A stretch of 64,000 bases of DNA from Podarcis gaigeae (Eukaryota), in assembly GCA_964106915.2 (NCBI GenBank), contig OZ066926.1; one strand, given 5' to 3'. How positions within the stretch are numbered: the stretch's first letter is position 1; every line of letters begins with the position of its first letter. A program made the position numbers and the translations under genes. The notes below the pieces were generated by a model. The model was not told the DNA's origin, did no database searches, and saw only the letters and a list, made by a program, of their open reading frames with translations. This document shows, one piece after another, positions 62,544-64,000 of the stretch.

Positions 62544-64000
62544 CTATAAGAGAAATTGCAAGTCAGTGAAGCATACTATATATTTGAATTTCAGTCCAGA
62601 GCTGCAGGTTCACCTTCAATTTCCCTGCATAACCCCCAGAGAACATTAACTTGAGCTATGTGACCATGAATAGACTAAAGTACCTTGCAGAATGGGACCA
62701 TGGTACATGCAATCCAGAATTCTTTACAATACATACCGTCAACATTAGGTAACCAATGGCAGGTACTGATCTATGTTCTCCATATTTCTTACATACAGGT
62801 GTAGAAGAGATCAATACTGTCATAAGTAAAATATCAAGCATAGGAAACAATAAGAGGGCTTAATCCTACAGTGAACACAGCTAAAAGGGGCCTGCTTCAT
62901 ATTATTTAACCTCAGAACTTTATTTAAAATCCTATGCTAACAATGGAATGGCAAAACCAAATGGAGGAGTTCAATATGTTGTTGTTTTAACGGCAAATAT
63001 AGCTCAGTGGGTTTACAAACAGAAACCCTAAAGTTTAATATTTTGTTTCCAGTTAAAGGACCTCAGGTTGATTCTTTTGTATCTACTGGGGTTGATATAT
63101 TTACTATTAATGCTCTCTGTGAACCTGTGATTCTTAAGTGATGCATCCCTTTCTGAGACATTTATAAGAAGGCAGGTTAAACAGGCATTGTTTTCAGCTA
63201 TCCTACTGGCAAACTAACAATGCTGTAACATCTAAAATGCACACTGCTGCCACTTTTAACATAGGAGGCTTCGCAAGGGAGCAATTACTTCATTATTTTT
63301 AAACCTCAGAAAGCAAGTTAGGCAGCATCATACATAACGAGCAAAAGATTTGTAAAGAAAGCTGTAGCAAGAATATTTACTTTCCTTTTTTCAATGGAAA
63401 CTTAAGTAACCTTTAACACAAAGCTGTAAATAACAACTCACCTGACTGCCTGTGGTGAAGTAAGAACTACCTCCAGGTAACAAGGCAGGAAAGTTGTAAA
63501 CCCACAAATGACTAAGAGGTGCATGTTGGCAGGCAGCCTAGATTTTTTTTAAAAAAATGATTTCTTTTTGGATGTTGCTATTTTTCTGAAAAGCCTCAGA
63601 AATGCAGAAGGCATCAACACCTCTAAAACCATCTCCTTTTGATTATGGGTATTATGTATGTAATTTACATTGCTGGAAAAGTTTCAAATTCTTAGGCAGC
63701 TGCTGAGTGACAAGTGTAGACAGCATATTTCTAGGTGGTAACAGAACTGCAATTTTTTCTTTCCCTGACATTTCTACCAAGATATCATCTATCTCCAATT
63801 TAGGATGATCTTATATTGTCATATACTCAGTATATTGGTCCATCTAGGCCACTACTGTCTACTGATGGGCAGCTAAGCCTCATGTTATTTATTGGTCAGA
63901 CAAAGGTCTTTCAAAGCACTGCTGATGGTCTTCTAACTGGAGATACTAGAGATCTGAGATCTTATGCACACAAAAGAAGTACTTTATTACTCTGCTATGG

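Noticed and set aside
63442-63537. 96-nt cryptic exon in MED1 intron 1 with strong CAG|gtgagt donor
   Set aside because: Acceptor is preceded by an A-run rather than a pyrimidine tract, and there is an in-frame TAG; no support.

Overview
Vertebrate genomic DNA, most likely a squamate (lacertid-like lizard, inferred from Squam3-, Bov-B-, Sauria-tail- and Penelope-type repeats). Two minus-strand genes lie head-to-tail, as in the human 17q12 block. (i) MED1 (Mediator subunit 1/TRAP220): coding exons 2-17 at 62543->42746, all GT-AG and frame-consistent. Exon 1 lies beyond the window. The ~3.2 kb 3'UTR most likely ends near AATAAA at 39549-39554. (ii) The 5' part of FBXL20 (SCRAPPER): CpG-island promoter (~35.6-37.2 kb) and coding exons 1-3 at 36342-36301, 10807-10746 and 328-274. 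Introns hold CR1, L2, L1, Bov-B, SINE and MITE remnants. Most notable: a young TSD-flanked Penelope-type insertion in MED1 intron 14 that forms a perfect 102-bp inverted repeat with a minimal hammerhead-ribozyme motif on each strand; a 75-bp perfect palindrome apparently made by an abortive (ACCTTT)n-tail retrotransposition; several candidate alternative FBXL20 exons in intron 1; and a 20-Ser tract in the MED1 disordered region. Exon numbering and human comparisons are recalled, not database results.
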